DNA from: Eledone cirrhosa
Lineage: Eukaryota
Assembly: GCA_964016885.1 (NCBI GenBank)
Contig: OZ024743.1
Location: 298,406,001 to 298,470,000, forward strand
DNA length: 64,000 nucleotides
Direction: 5' to 3'
Below, in pieces: positions 1 to 15,010 of the stretch. Position 1 is the first letter of the stretch; every line of letters begins with the position of its first letter. The translations under genes were made by a program, and so were the position numbers. A model generated the notes under the pieces. It was not told where the DNA came from. It did not search any database and saw only the letters and a program-made list of their open reading frames with translations.

Positions 1-271
1 TAAAATTATAGTGGTGTCTACGTATAAAGATGTGATGGTATAAATATGAAAATATTAAATATATACACATGTATTGGTTAAATTACAGAGGGTTATATTA
101 TGAAAAAATAATACAGTGATAAATAAAGGATAAATTACTAAATTGAAAGTTATGTGAGAGGTGAAGAGAACATGATAGGATATAATGGAAGAGGTGAAAT
201 AGTTTTAGGGAAAGAAAGGTGAGGAGGTTATGATGTTGATTCAGTGATTAGTTGATCTATTGACAGTTAAT

Positions 272-450
272 AATTGTTTCTACTTTTGGCACAAGGCCAG
301 TAATTATCCAGTACATTACTGGTACTTTATTTTATAGACCCCGTAAGGATGAAAATCAAAGTTAACCTTGACGGGATTTGAACTCAGTCCGTAAAGGGAT
401 GTAACTGTGCTGGAAAGCATGGCGTCCGACCCTCTACCGATACTGCCAAT
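272..450 (-). mobile_element. tRNA-derived SINE, family A (dominant SINE of this window)
   Basis: Minus strand has A-box TGGCAGTATCGG and B-box GAGTTCAAATCC, then CCTTGTGCCAAAAGTAGAAACAATTATT tail; more than 12 related copies in the window. Confidence 0.9.
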
Positions 451-454
451 AGTT

Positions 455-1775
455 AATAATAATGGGTTATAGACTCTAAGTGGTTCAGTTTGAATTATAG
501 GATTATTGGATCGAATCATGTTGGTTTGAAATTTGCGAATTTAGTAGCTGCTTTATGCCTACAGAAAATTGACCTTTATATTTTGCTGTTAAGCAACATT
601 TTGTCATACTTTAAAATTGCAAAGTCCGCATTGGACATTCCATTTCTGTAGGCCTTTGCCCCCGATAATTTCGACCAGCTAATCCCGTATTCTTGGTTTG
701 AATCCTTGAGCTCCCAGATTTTATTGGCGAGCATTGTTGTGTTCATTAGTTACAGTTCTTTATAGAATGTCTGTGAACGTACCATCTTTTTTTGAACTCC
801 CCAGCCGTAGAACCTATGTAGTGCCATGCTAAGTTGCCTGAATTTATAGTACACAGGTACACTATATTTGAATCCAGGCATCTATTTTGTAGTGGGCACT
901 TATCCGGTAAGTGAGAGTTACATTTTGAGGCCTTTCTGTGTGCCGGTTCTTCGATGCGGTTTTGTATGTTGTTAAATATGGGCTGAGATTTGGGTTTGTT
1001 GATGTTTTGTTGTGATGCGTTCTGACGTATGTGTGGTTGTGGTATTATGTGTTTGTGTTTTGTATTTGGTGTTATGGTGTTTGTTTCTAGGTTATTTTCA
1101 TTAGAGATTCTTCTATAGTTAATTTTATGTATGTGTGATTCTATGTTGGCTGCAGTAGAGTAAGACAGTTTGATAGTTTTTTTATTAAAGATTTTATGGT
1201 ATTTATGAAGTTTAGGGAAGTGCTTGTCAATTAGTTTAGAGAATGTAGAAGGTAGTTTGGTTTTTATAGAGGACTTAAATATTGGATTGGACCATAAGTA
1301 TTTCCTATCTCTGGATTTTCTATAGTTCCTAGGGGTCCTTATATTAGTATTCGGTTCAGTTATTTCTGGTGCTCGTTGTCTATTTCCATGTTTAATCCTA
1401 TATTTGCTATTTCTATAGGTGTGGGTGGTGTTATTGTTGTTAGGTGTGTTGTTGTTGTCTGTATCTGGTATATATTTGAGCCTCTACTTGTGGTCTGCCT
1501 TAAGTAAAGCTATGTTGTAGTAGTTCGCGTGTTCATTAAAAATCTCTGGGTTAGAAAATAAGCGTGAAATTCTAAAGGATACACTGTGCTATGGAGTTAA
1601 TTATGGAGCGAGGGTAGTTTGAGGTATAACTAATGTATGCTAGATTTTCGTTATTTTTATGGAAGATCTCTATTAGTCCTGTGTTTAGGTTGAGTGATAC
1701 ATCTAAGAAGTTAGCTCTTTTAGAATTAAGTTCGAAAGTGATGCCTATATATATGACTATAGCAAGGAATTTAGC
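455..1775 (-). mobile_element. Penelope-like element fragment (RT thumb + GIY-YIG endonuclease), degenerate
   Basis: ORF 1572-1793 FLDVSLNL..YISYTSNYP (PLE RT C-terminus); minus frame near 790-920 reads CPLQNRCLDSNIVY..WHYIGSTAGEFKKRW (GIY-YIG). Confidence 0.8.
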
Positions 1776-1777
1776 AT

Positions 1778-3060
1778 ACAGGTCGGTGTCCACCAGGGCT
1801 CTGTTCTTAGCCCTCTCCTGTTCCTCATAGTTTTGCAGGCAATAACAGAGGAGTTTAAGACCGGATGCCCATGGGAACTCCTGTATGCAGATGACCTCGC
1901 ACTTATAGCTGAATCCATGGTAGAACTAGAGAAGAAATTCCAAACATGGAAGCAGGGACTAGAAAGAAAGGGTCTCAAAGTCAACCTGACAAAGACTAAG
2001 CTCCTTGTAAGTAGACGAGAAAACAGAACCCAGATCCCCTCAGGGAAATGGCCTTGCTCAGTATGTAGGAAAGGTGTAGGTAGGAACTCCATCCTCTGCC
2101 CCAAATGCAAACAATGGGTACACAAGAGATGTAGTGGGATCTCAGGAAGCTTAACTAAGAATGTAGGCTTCATATGTAGCAGCTGCGCTGAGACAGCAAG
2201 CAGCAAACAGCCACAGGAAGCAAGCACCACCAAACTCTGGGAAGGCTCTGTAGAAACAGTAGACAGCTTCTGCTACCTAGGTGACGGAATTAGCAGCGGA
2301 GGTGGGTGTTCGGAAATTACAATAACTAGGGTAAGAATGGGATGGAAGAAGTTCAGGGAGCTACTGCCACTGCTAGCTGCAAAAGGCTTTTCCCTCAAAA
2401 TGAAAGGCAGACTGTATGATGTATGTATACTTAGGCGCTGTCTGTAGAAGACTTGCGTAGATTAGAAAGAAACGAAGCCTGCATGCTCCGATGGATGTGT
2501 AATAGTAATATACGCGAACGGCAAAGCATAAACGAATTGAGAGAGAGACTGAGCATAAGAGGAATCAAATGCTGTGTGCAGAGTACTAGAAGTCGATGGG
2601 AGCCGCGGAGTGGGGAGACCCAAGAAGACTTGGGATGAGGTGATAAAAGCCGACCTCACCCAATTACACCTATCAAAGGCGATGACACACGACCGTGACC
2701 TCTCGCGTCACACAGTAATACAGAAGACCCTACCCCCCAGGGGTTCAAGCCAAAGCTGAAGCATATAGAACATATGCCCCCACCCCCTCCCACTGCAAAG
2801 TTGTCGTGGAGGTGCTACGGCAAAAAAGCACCTAGCCCACACTATAAAGTGGACGTGTAGTCGCCACGGAATAAGCACCCAGCACTCACTGTAAATGAGG
2901 TTGGTGTTAGGAAGGGTATCCAGCTGTAGAAATCAAACCAGAATCAGTTCCCGCATGAGCAAGATAAGGTCAGCTGACCGGACACTGCCCACAACAAGAC
3001 AACCCGTCTAACTCACGCTGGCGTGAAAGAACGGACGTAAAACGGTGATGATGATGATAT
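1778..3060 (+). mobile_element. RTE-clade LINE, 5'-truncated; RT with inserted PHD finger; (GAT)n tail
   Basis: GVHQGSVLSP, LLYADD, FCYLG motifs; C4HC3 finger at 2049-2186; GRPKKTW C-terminus; 3' tail gatgatgatgat at about 3047-3058. Confidence 0.9.
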
Positions 3061-3077
3061 ATATACATATATAGCCG

Positions 3078-3625
3078 TAGAGTGGGGAGACTCAGGAAGA
3101 TTTGCGATGAGGTGATAAAAGCTGACCTTGCCCAATTGCATTTCTCAAAGTCGATGACACAGGACCAAGATCTCTGGCTCTACGCAGTAATACAAAAGAC
3201 ACGACTTCTCACGGGCTCAGCTGAAGCTGAAGCATTCATATATTGTGCACCACCCCACCCCGCCCACTCCCATACATCTCCCATGAGGACAAGCTGAAGT
3301 ATTCATCCAGTGAAGCCTCCAGCCCACACTGTAAAGTATTCGTGATGGCGACACGGCAAAAAGTGCCCAGCCCACACTGTAAAGTGTTCATGTAGGTGTC
3401 ACGACAAAAAGCATCTAGTCCACACTGAAACACGACAAAAAACACCAAGTACTCATTGTAAATAAGGTTGAGGCTAAGAAAGGAATCCACTTGTAGAAAC
3501 CAAGCCAAAATTGGTTCTATATGAACTAGACATGGTCACCTCTCCTGGCATTGCTTACAACAGGATAACTCGTCTAACCCATGCCAGCGTGAAAAAATGT
3601 ACGTTAAACAGTGATGATGATGATA
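3078..3625 (+). mobile_element. Second 3' fragment of the same RTE family
   Basis: Homologous to about 2605-3060 (DEVIKADL, 48-bp 3'UTR repeats, GATGATGAT tail). Confidence 0.85.
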
Positions 3626-3712
3626 TAAATATATAAGTATATAAATATATATCAATTAAAATAATTTTAAAAGCTATACAATGCATTAGAAAATCAAAGG
3701 TGCCAAGATAAC

Positions 3713-3926
3713 AATAGAATGTTACCTTAGCAAATTTAATTATCCCAAATATTTCCGGGTTTAAAAACCCATTATCAAGGGAGTAACCATGTGAAGGTCT
3801 TAAAGGATCGTTCAGCGATGTGTTGTTAGGAAGGCAGAGACCTTCATAGGGATATTCCCTTCATAATGGGTTTTTAAACCCGGAAATATTTGGGATAAGT
3901 GAATTTGCTAAGGTAAGATTCTATTA
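3713..3926. repeat. Imperfect inverted repeat (about 88-bp arms) containing a hammerhead-like motif
   Basis: 3713-3799 is the reverse complement of 3838-3926; minus strand reads tccc TTGATAA tgggtttttaaacccg GAAA tattt ggga. Confidence 0.75.
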
Positions 3927-4019
3927 TTTTCTAATACATTTTAAATTATTCAAATTTATATTTCCTATTCAACAATGCTTCAAGCAAGCTGCAACACTCT
4001 GTTATAAATATATATATAA

Positions 4020-4720
4020 TATCATCATCATTTTGCATTTGCTTGTTCCATGTTTGCATGGGTTGGAGTTTCTTTCAGCACCGCATCTCTTCAATTGTCA
4101 TGTCCCTTTGTCATCTCCTGTGTGAGCTTCATCGATTTGAGATCAGCAATCACCACTTCTGCCCAGGTCTTCCTCAACTGCATCACCTTTTCCCTTCTAG
4201 CAATTAATGAGTATACTGCGGCATCAGTCATTAGATATGATCCCATCCTGTATTACCTAATGGTCTTTATGGATAACTAGTTCAGCACCTACTTTCTCAG
4301 ATGCTTTCAGCATCTCTGCAACTATATCCGATGATGGTCCATTGGCTTTACCGATTTTTCATCTCCTTGATTGTTTCTTTGATCCAATAACTGTCAATTT
4401 TAATAGCTGGTCCCTCTGCTGGGTCAGTTGGGAGTAGTCTCTCTTCCTCCCACTCATTTTCCACATTCACCACCCTCACACAGTAGCATTTCCAGACCTC
4501 TTTCTTTTGAGTATTAGTGATGCTAAGTGCACTGGTGTCGTTTTAAACAAACTTTTCTCCAACAATATTCTGATTCACACTGACACATTGGCAAACCTCC
4601 TTCTTTTAGTCTCTTTTCATGCTATGTATACTTTTCATCTAGTTTCTCATACTAGTCTCCGCTACCTCCATTTTTCCATTCTTTCCATCCCGTCTCCTGG
4701 TTTTAATGGCTCTGAAATGG
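4020..4720 (-). mobile_element. Degenerate RTE-type LINE fragments
   Basis: (ATC)n at 4020 is a minus-strand GAT tail; minus translation near 4330-4365 resembles MKxGKAxGP of the RT N-terminus. Confidence 0.6.
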
Positions 4721-4829
4721 AAAGAGGGTTATCTTGTCTAAGTGTTTACAGTCACTGTGGTCGAGACTAACAGGCTTAAATTGACAAAGAAACATGTCTG
4801 AAAAGTCAAAAGTCTGTCTGAAGCCAGGT

Positions 4830-5070
4830 TCATCAAGCTGATACTTGTCCCGGTTTCTGTGGTGTTAAGCAACTGAGAATACAAGATTTCCCATTAAACA
4901 GGATGTCAGTCTATTGTAGGGTTAAACCCCCAACTATTGCTGGTACTCATTTTGAGCTGAGTATACTGGAGTAATGTGAAATAAAGTGTTTTGCTCAAGA
5001 ACACAACACACAACACAATCCAGGAACCGAAACCATGACATTATGATCATGAGTCCAACACCTTACTACT
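4830..5070 (-). mobile_element. tRNA-derived SINE, family B, degenerate
   Basis: Minus strand GGTTTCGGTTCCTGG..GTGTTCTTGAGCAAAACACT..TTTCACATTACTCCAG; related to 56160-56360 and 55780-55905. Confidence 0.6.
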
Positions 5071-5664
5071 AGAAACACTGTAGTCGAGGAACTAAAGATA
5101 CTGGAAGTCTCAATGGTGATTGACAAAAAGGAGTTGGTCAGTCAATGCCTGGTATTTGATCATCTACTCCTTTAGGCTGTTGGCAGTAGTGTCTGGGTTT
5201 GTGGCTGAAGTAACGGGGTTGGTCATATCATCAGGGTATTTATTGTTACCACTATTGTGACCAGCTGGCTTTAATCAGGAAACTGGCCACACCATGGCTA
5301 ACAATTGTATTTACATTGATCATCAAAATCATCCCTCCCACCTATTTTTAGTATAAATTTGGATATTTACCGAATGATATCTTTATTTTTGTTCCTGTTG
5401 ATTTCACAGTCAATTGATGTGTAACAATTACAAAATACTAATTATCTAAAGTTATTTCCTTTTCTTAATATTCTTCAGATCATTTCCCCCTCACCCCCTC
5501 TCTTTTAATTAGATTTAGTTTCTTTGAACGTTTTTCTAAGAGGAAATCAGGAAGTTTTTTTAATCTTTCTTTTCTTCTATATCTACATTTTTGTGTCATT
5601 ATCACCAACATTTTTATCCTTATGAGAATTTGTGATTCTTTGTACAATTTTTATATTCCAACAA

Positions 5665-8389
5665 ATATTGATATACTTGGGGAGGGTCATATTGTTGTAA
5701 TAATATTGCCAGAAATAATAACAGAACACACTCACTGTTTGGTTGGTTTTCGCTTCTGCATCTTTTATATCTCCATAGTTAATTTATTTGGCAATCAATG
5801 TTTATCATTGATTGACCAACGGTTAAAAATACAGATATAAATATATATATATAGTCTAACAAAGTTCTTTCGTTGCACATCTGCAACATCATCAGTGGTA
5901 CTATTATCATGTTTCCTCCTATTGTGTTGTGTTTACGCCATTTTTATTTTATTTATTTATTTATTTAATGTCTCTGTCTCTGCGCATGCGTTTGCGTGTG
6001 TGTATGTTTGGTGTGCGTGTTCGCGTTTGGGTGTATGTATTTTGATTTTTGTATTCTATCTTTGTTTATTAGTGTGTGTTTATATGTGTTTGTTGTTATT
6101 GTACTTGTGTATATATTTATTTATTTATTTATTTATATTTCTCTTAAGTCAATATTGTTTGTTTGGGTATGGTTGTTGTTGTTATTCCATTCATTTTTTC
6201 GGTTTAACTTTGGCTTTCTAAGCTCTATTTCGTTCGCTTCTCTGATTTGCCTACCTGTTGGGTCATTTCTATGTTTAGATATTATTTTAATCTCTATGTT
6301 GTCTATGTTCTCGTCATGTTTTTGTCTGGCGTGTTCGTATAGTACTGAACCGTTTTATTTTGTCCTTTTAATTCCCTCCAGTGTTGGTCTATTCCTTCTC
6401 CTATGGTTCGAGCTGTCTCACCTATGTATGTCGTTGTCATGTTTCTGCAAGTACCCTCTGTACATCTTATGCTATAGACTACATTTCTAGTTTTACAGTT
6501 TATCTGGGGGTTCACTTTACATATAACACATTTCTTATTAGTACAGTGGGTTTTCTTAAAGGGGTATGTTTTGCTGATCAGGGATTTTATGGTAGTTCCT
6601 GGCTTTTCTACCACTTTACTCTTTAAGTGGGTCTTTCTTAGGGCCTTTCTACATTGGTTAGATAATTTTACCCCCAGGGGTAGCATCAACGAACATGACA
6701 CTCTGGTATCTCTGGTTGTCGTACCATGAGGTGGCTTTCCCTATCTTATGTTTAGTCCTATCTAAGCTATTCCATGATTTCCTCCTGTATAATGGGCAAA
6801 TTCCTTTCATGTCCATTTCTATGAGGGTCTTATTCTTATTCGTGTCTACTTTGTATACTCTGATTCTGTCTCTTTGGTTGTAGCCAGAGAACTGCATGCG
6901 GTTGATGAAGTGTTGGCTGTGTCTTTCCATTTCTGTTGGGTCGCACATGCGGGACACGTTCTTCATCACTCGTACCAAGTCTGCGATCAGAATATTAAAC
7001 CTTAGCACTACTGGACATTGCTGAGTTTTGAGTATCAGATATTTGGAGGCCATGGGTTTAACATAGTGTGAGTGGAGAATTTGGGCTCGCTCGTCTATAG
7101 TGTTCATCCAGAGTTCCGTGTCTAATACAGGTAGTCTATTGTTAGGGTGTTTGGAGGGGTAGTCAACAGTTACAGTTATACTCTGGTGTATGGAGTTAGC
7201 TATGTGCTGGATGCCTTCTATTGTGCTATATTCTAAATCATATTCGTTAGTACTCTCTTGTGGGGGTGTTCTTATTACTATATTATTATCGTCTACGTAA
7301 CGAGAGTACATGACGAGGTCTATGGAGCTCTCTTCAAGGAGATCTTTGAGTCTCCTTTCCCACCATACCATAAATAGATTGGCAACATCACCAGCTATGC
7401 TGATGCCAATGGCTGCTCCCTCATTCTGGGTGTAGATCTTTTCATTGAATTTAAATATATGGCCCTTTAGGGTAGTTTTAATACTAGCCCCTATTGCACG
7501 CGCGACCATTTTTCTCACCTGATCAGTCTTTCTGGGTGTCTGTATGGCTTTGGCCCACCCATTCCACCTCCCCATGGGAGCCTTTTTTGCCATTGAGGTT
7601 ATGGTGGGGAGTCTACCTCTTATGGGTCAACTGGGGCAGGAACGGCTAAGGTCATGGCTATCTAGGTACTCGGTGTCATAAGTAAGTCTAAGTAGGAGGC
7701 CCAGCTCATCTGTGTCGACATCGCAGAACTCCACCTCACTCTCACTGATTATTTCCACACATTTTTCCACAGCAAAATCAATGTTAATGGATGGGTACAG
7801 TGATACTACATCCATACTGCCTATTATGCAGTTAGATAAGTTGTTGTTTTTGTTGCACTCAATGATTCTGCTGAGGAGGTCCTCTGTACTGTCACATTCA
7901 TCTGGGCACATCTTAATTATGTAGCATATAACTATCGAGAGGAAGTTGGAGATCCTGTAGTTGCTAGCAATATTGGCTCCGCATACAGGTCTTGTTGGTG
8001 GTCCTGTCGTTGGGTCGTCGGGTGTCTTATGGTCATACAAGGGTGGTATGTCATCGTTAGACACCTGGAAGTTGTTGGCAGTGCGTCTGAGGATCTTCTG
8101 TCCCCCCCTCATGTGTTTGTTGTGTAGTTTCGCTCGTGTTGATGATGTGGGGTTGCATAGCCTTGATATAGTTCGGCATGCTGTCTACTGACATCCTATC
8201 AGATATATCTGTGAGTAGACACACTACTTCACCATCCCTTGTGCGCTGCTTGAGGCTAATTAGGCCTTCTAAAGGTTTCCTTCCAAGTTGTTGGATTTCT
8301 GGTCTGCTTTGTCTCTTGGTATATCGGTCTACTATTTGTCTAAATTTATTTCTAGCTATGGTGCCTCTGTTTCGTCATCTATTTGTTGC

Positions 8390-8391
<2 letters not shown>
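5665..8391 (-). mobile_element. Penelope-like element (Naiad-like RT, C-terminal GIY-YIG), 5'-truncated at (TA)n
   Basis: ORFs 7627-8112 (TRPVCGA, SMDVVSLYPSI), 6658-7593 (GAAIG, RYVDD, LPVLD, YVKPMAS), 6303-6701 (NVVY..YIGET.R); 3' region shared with 50210-51035. Naiad assignment is from motif recall only. Confidence 0.85.
5855..5900 (-). ncRNA. Hammerhead-ribozyme-like motif in Penelope 3' region
   Basis: Minus strand CTGATGA-tgttgca gatg tgcaac-GAAA; stems I and III are weak. Confidence 0.55.
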
Positions 8392-10450
<2,059 letters not shown>

Positions 10451-10733
10451 CTGGAAAGACAAAGGCACCCGTAACGACTTCTATTTGACCCTGTCCAAAG
10501 CATCAATTGTTTTGCTATTTTTAGAAATGATGAAAATAGCATTTTCTAGGGTTTTTATAAAAAATCTTCAGTAATCATCAACATCACTTTTATTATTATT
10601 ATTATTATTGTTGTTGTTGTTGTTGTTAGTGGTGGTAGTCGACATGGTCGTAGGTGTAGTCATAGTAGAAGTAATACCCCTAAGCATTATTATTGTTCAT
10701 TTAGCTTGGGTTGGAATTTATCAATAAAATTCT

Positions 10734-10819
<86 letters not shown>

Positions 10820-10839
10820 GTATGTATATATGTATGTTA

Positions 10840-13800
10840 TTCTGGTTTTATAATTTCACAAATTTTTACCAATAGAGAGAGAGAGTCGGTTTCTAACATA
10901 GACACAAGACTCTCTTATTGGAATTTACACAACATCAACTAGGTAGATAATGTATGCATGCCTGCATGCAAGCATGTGTAGATCTGGATGTTATTGTATG
11001 TGTGGATGTGGATGTTTTGAGTTGTATGTATGCATGTGTATATGATTTGTATCTGTACATGTGTATATGCAGTTATTAGATGCAACATCTTTGGAATGTT
11101 TTACATATTTTTACTGTTCCATTAATGGATTGTACTTGTAATTTCCTAACTAGTTGTGTTTTTTCTGTTCCCGTGAAGCCTAGCTTCTCAAGATTTGTAT
11201 TGAGGCAGTTACTAACATACCCCAGTGCCCCAATAATCACAGGCATAAATTTGAAGGTGTAATCAGGGTGGAGTATCTGCAGATTTCTCATCAGTTCTGC
11301 ATAAATACTCTCCTTTTCGCTAATCTTTGATATTATATTGGCATCTGCTGGGCATGCTTTCTTTCCCCTGCCCCCACTACTGTGCATGCTTTCTTTTCCC
11401 TGTCCCATATCATAATTGTTTCTACTCTTTGGCACAACGCCAGCAATTATCCCAGTACATTACTGGTACTTTATTTTATCGACCCGTAAGGATGAATGGT
11501 CTGTTATGCCTGCATTTTATTGGGGTTTTTACTGGAACATTCCACCAGTCCTCTTTCATATTATGTATATGGTCTCCACATTGCTGTAGCTTTTAATGTG
11601 TTTATTATCGAGGCTATCTTCTGTACGGATTGCATTGTACAGTGTTTTGGCCACTACATCATGTCTCATAGGTAGATAGTACCGCGATGACATCTTTGGA
11701 CAGCTGCTGATGACATGGGTGACATCTTCGATGTTAATTCTGCAGAGTCTGCACTTGTTATCACATCTAGGTGTTTTGCCTGCATCCCTATCTCTTTTGT
11801 GAATAAGGTATTTTGTGTGAATTTCCTCTTCTTGGATTGCAAAAGCGTATCCTTCAAAGTGGGAGCCAATATAGCGGTTGTTGTTCCAAGATAGACTACT
11901 TTCCTTATCTATATTACTCTCACTCTGGAGCTTCATGTCAACATATCCATTCATGATTTTTTGCTGATAAGCATGCAGTCTTTCATCCATGGATTCACTG
12001 CGATATTGCTGAGCGACTTCCCTGGATGTGAGTTTTTGATAATCACACAGGGAATATCTCTCGAGGAGTTCCTTCCCAACTCTCATGACCTTATCTGTTT
12101 CATGCAAATAGACTCGCTCGAGAGACGGGCTCCTACGCTTCGAGGTTCGTAGATGTTGTCGGAGAGATATGATGCGACAGTCAAATGCTGTCTGGACTGA
12201 TGTTAGGCCCCTGCCTCCCTGCTTACGTTTCAAGTAAAGGCGGTCTATGTCACTGTTGATGTGGAAGTTTCCGGTGTTGTTTTGTATTTTTCGAGTTTTA
12301 ATATCAACTGCTCGGATTTCGTCTATCGTCCAATTGAGTATTCCAAACGTTGGTGTTAGGACAGGCACAGCAAACACATTGTGAGCCATTGTTTTGTTTT
12401 GCGCAGAGAGTTCCGATGACCAAATCTTTCTTAATCGGGTGTAGTATTCCCTGGTTACGCGTTCCTTATTACAGATACCATTATAGGATATGTTCTCATC
12501 TATCCCCAGGTATCTGTAGCAGTCCTAATCAGATATCGGGGAAACAGTTAGGCCATTGATGACAATGTTGCTAGATTGGGTTGTTGTTTTTCCCCGCTTT
12601 ACAGTCATGTATGAGCATTTATCTTGGCCAAACTCCATTCCTATATCCTTTGAGAACGTTGTAACCAGGTCAAGATTTTTCTTCATCCCATCCATGTTCT
12701 AGACATAGAGTTTTAGATCACCCACAAATAAATTATGGGTTAGGTTCGTATTTCTGTCCTCCTGTGAGCCAATGATGTATCCTTCACATTTCTTGAGCAG
12801 AAAGGACAAGGGGTTTAATGACAGGATAAATAATATCACAGCGAGACTGTCTCCCTGAAATATACCCCTGCGATATTTTATTTTATCAGTGAAAACAGAG
12901 TCCTCCTTCTCTGTCTTTAACCTTAGGATAGTAGCCCAAGAAGAAGACAGCTTCTCTATGGCTCTGATAATAAACTTTGGCACTTTAGCAAGTTGGAGGG
13001 CCTCTATCATCCAAGAGTGGGGAACAGAATCGAAAGCTTTCTTGTAGTCCAGCCAGACTGTAGCCATATTCCTCCTAAGTTTGTCGCACGTCCGACATTG
13101 CAGTTTTGTTGTTCAGCACATCCCCAAACCCCTTTCTTTCCAGCTGCTTGTTCATCTGTGATGATGTTATTATTTTCACAGTGATCTTGGAGGAATAGGT
13201 TCAGGCAGGCTGCATACATCTTATACATCAGGTTCTTGCAGCAATGGGTCGGTAGTTTTTTGCCAAGTGTGTGTCTTTGTTCTTGGGGACCAGTAATGTT
13301 TGTGCTAATGTCAACCATTCTGGTATAAGTGTATCTCCCTTAAAAACTTGTTGGTAGAGGTCAGTAAGATACCTCCGATAGAATATCAATTTTTTGTACC
13401 AGTAGCCGACAATCATGTCTCTTCTTGGAGTTTTCCTATCACAGTCTCAAGGGTACCCTCACTTATTTCGTATGTTTTTGTTGTAGTGTTCTTTTGGATT
13501 TCTTTTAGCTACACTGCATCTTGGTTGAAATTCTTCTTTTCACCCCATATTTTTCTCCAAAAGGAATCTATGTATTTCTGGGATGGGGCCTCAGTGACAC
13601 TTATTATTTTGCCCTTCATATCTCTATAGACTGATGTTTGGTTTCGTCTGAATCTTTTATTAAGCACTTTTCTTTCATCTACCTTCTTTAGGTATCGGCG
13701 TTTTTCGCTAACAGCTCTCAATTCTTGTTTGATGGTGATCAGCTAATATTGAAGAGTTCTGGTTCTACTGTTACCAAACATCGTCTCTATTTTATTTTTT

Positions 13801-15010
13801 ACTCTTTGTTGGTGAGGAGTGAGGTTTTTTGTGTTTGTTTGCATGTAAGGAGCATTGTCACATATCCTATGGTTTTTCGTAGGTCAGCAATCTTTTTTTC
13901 TATTTTAGTTATATATGATAGTATTTTTGGTGGTGTTTTGTTCTTGTTAATATCTCTGCTATCACCAAGATAATGCTTCACTGTTGTTGCTAAGGCATAT
14001 AAACAGACGTTGATTTGCCAAATCCGTCGTAAATATTCATCCCCTATTTCGTCAAGAACACGTAATATTTCATTATTAGGTTTTTCATTAAACATTGTCG
14101 TTTTAACACGTTCAGCAAGAGAGATATTTATACATGAATTAATTTCTCTCTGGAAGATTTCGCTGAGGGAAATTTTCAATTGTTTATACTTTTGATTATT
14201 ATCATTATCGATAGTATCTTCCACAATAGTCGAGGTAGCCTCGGATGGTACACGTGGTGTCAAATTTCTTCGATTATTATTATTATTTCTTCTATTATTT
14301 CTTATTATCGATAGTGTTTTCCCCAGCATTCGAGGTAGACTTAGATGGTACACGTGGTGTCAAGTTTCTTACAGGCATAGTTGTTTCAAGGCACTGTTCG
14401 ACCTGGCTGCTAGGAAGTCTAGTAGCATGGCGACCTGTAGCACGTGCTGTTGATCCCATGTTTGTTGTGGGGGACTTATAATTAATAATATTTATTTTAT
14501 TTTTGCGTTCAACAAACGTCGCTTGTTGGCGTAATTATTTCGCTGTGAAGTGATTTAGCTCTGGGTGTATTTCGCCCCAGTGTAGCTTCATTCTGTTCAT
14601 ATAGCCAATGGAGGAATTGTTTTTTGCCATTTTATAACAATTAAATAAATCATCATTAAGTTTGCAATTACAAGTGAAATGTGATTTATAATTTCGGTTT
14701 CTTCTGTAGCTACAACTGAATAAATTTTGTTTACCTTTCTCGTTGTTTTTCTTCGATACCTCCTTAATGTTGTTGTTGATGTTGTGTTCAGCCATGCTGT
14801 TTGTAGCAAATCCTTGTAAAATGAATTATGTATTTAGTCGGATATCTCTACGAATTCGAATAAAAGGTGTCTTCAGTAGATATAGTTAGAAGAATACCCC
14901 GTTATTCAACATGACTGGTAGTTGAGGCATTACTGTCGGAGATAGTATTCATCTTAAATTTAATGAATAGTCTCCCACACCAAAATATGCGACTGATCGC
15001 ATTGACTGAC
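10840..15010 (-). mobile_element. R4/Dong-like RLE non-LTR retrotransposon #1, degenerate, flanked by (TACA)n
   Basis: Fragmented ORFs: NYRPI, WLDYKKAFDSVPHSW, GIFQGDSL, CRLC..HVISSC..RHD (CCHC), PVIIGALG (RLE); (TATG)n at 10806-10835 and 15011-15083. Confidence 0.88.
11415..11496 (-). mobile_element. SINE family A 3' fragment inserted into the RLE domain of R4 #1
   Basis: SINE tail and body interrupt the HNRP..IWDR coding segment. Confidence 0.8.

Noticed and set aside
272-450. tRNA gene
   Set aside because: A/B boxes belong to a multi-copy SINE with a non-tRNA body and tail; no full cloverleaf
3321-3470. CRISPR-like array
   Set aside because: Spacers are homologous, it lies in a LINE 3'UTR, the context is eukaryotic and there are no cas genes
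14208-14370. About 62-bp direct repeat (100-bp period) in the R4 #1 N-terminal region
   Set aside because: Ordinary local duplication in a low-complexity coding region
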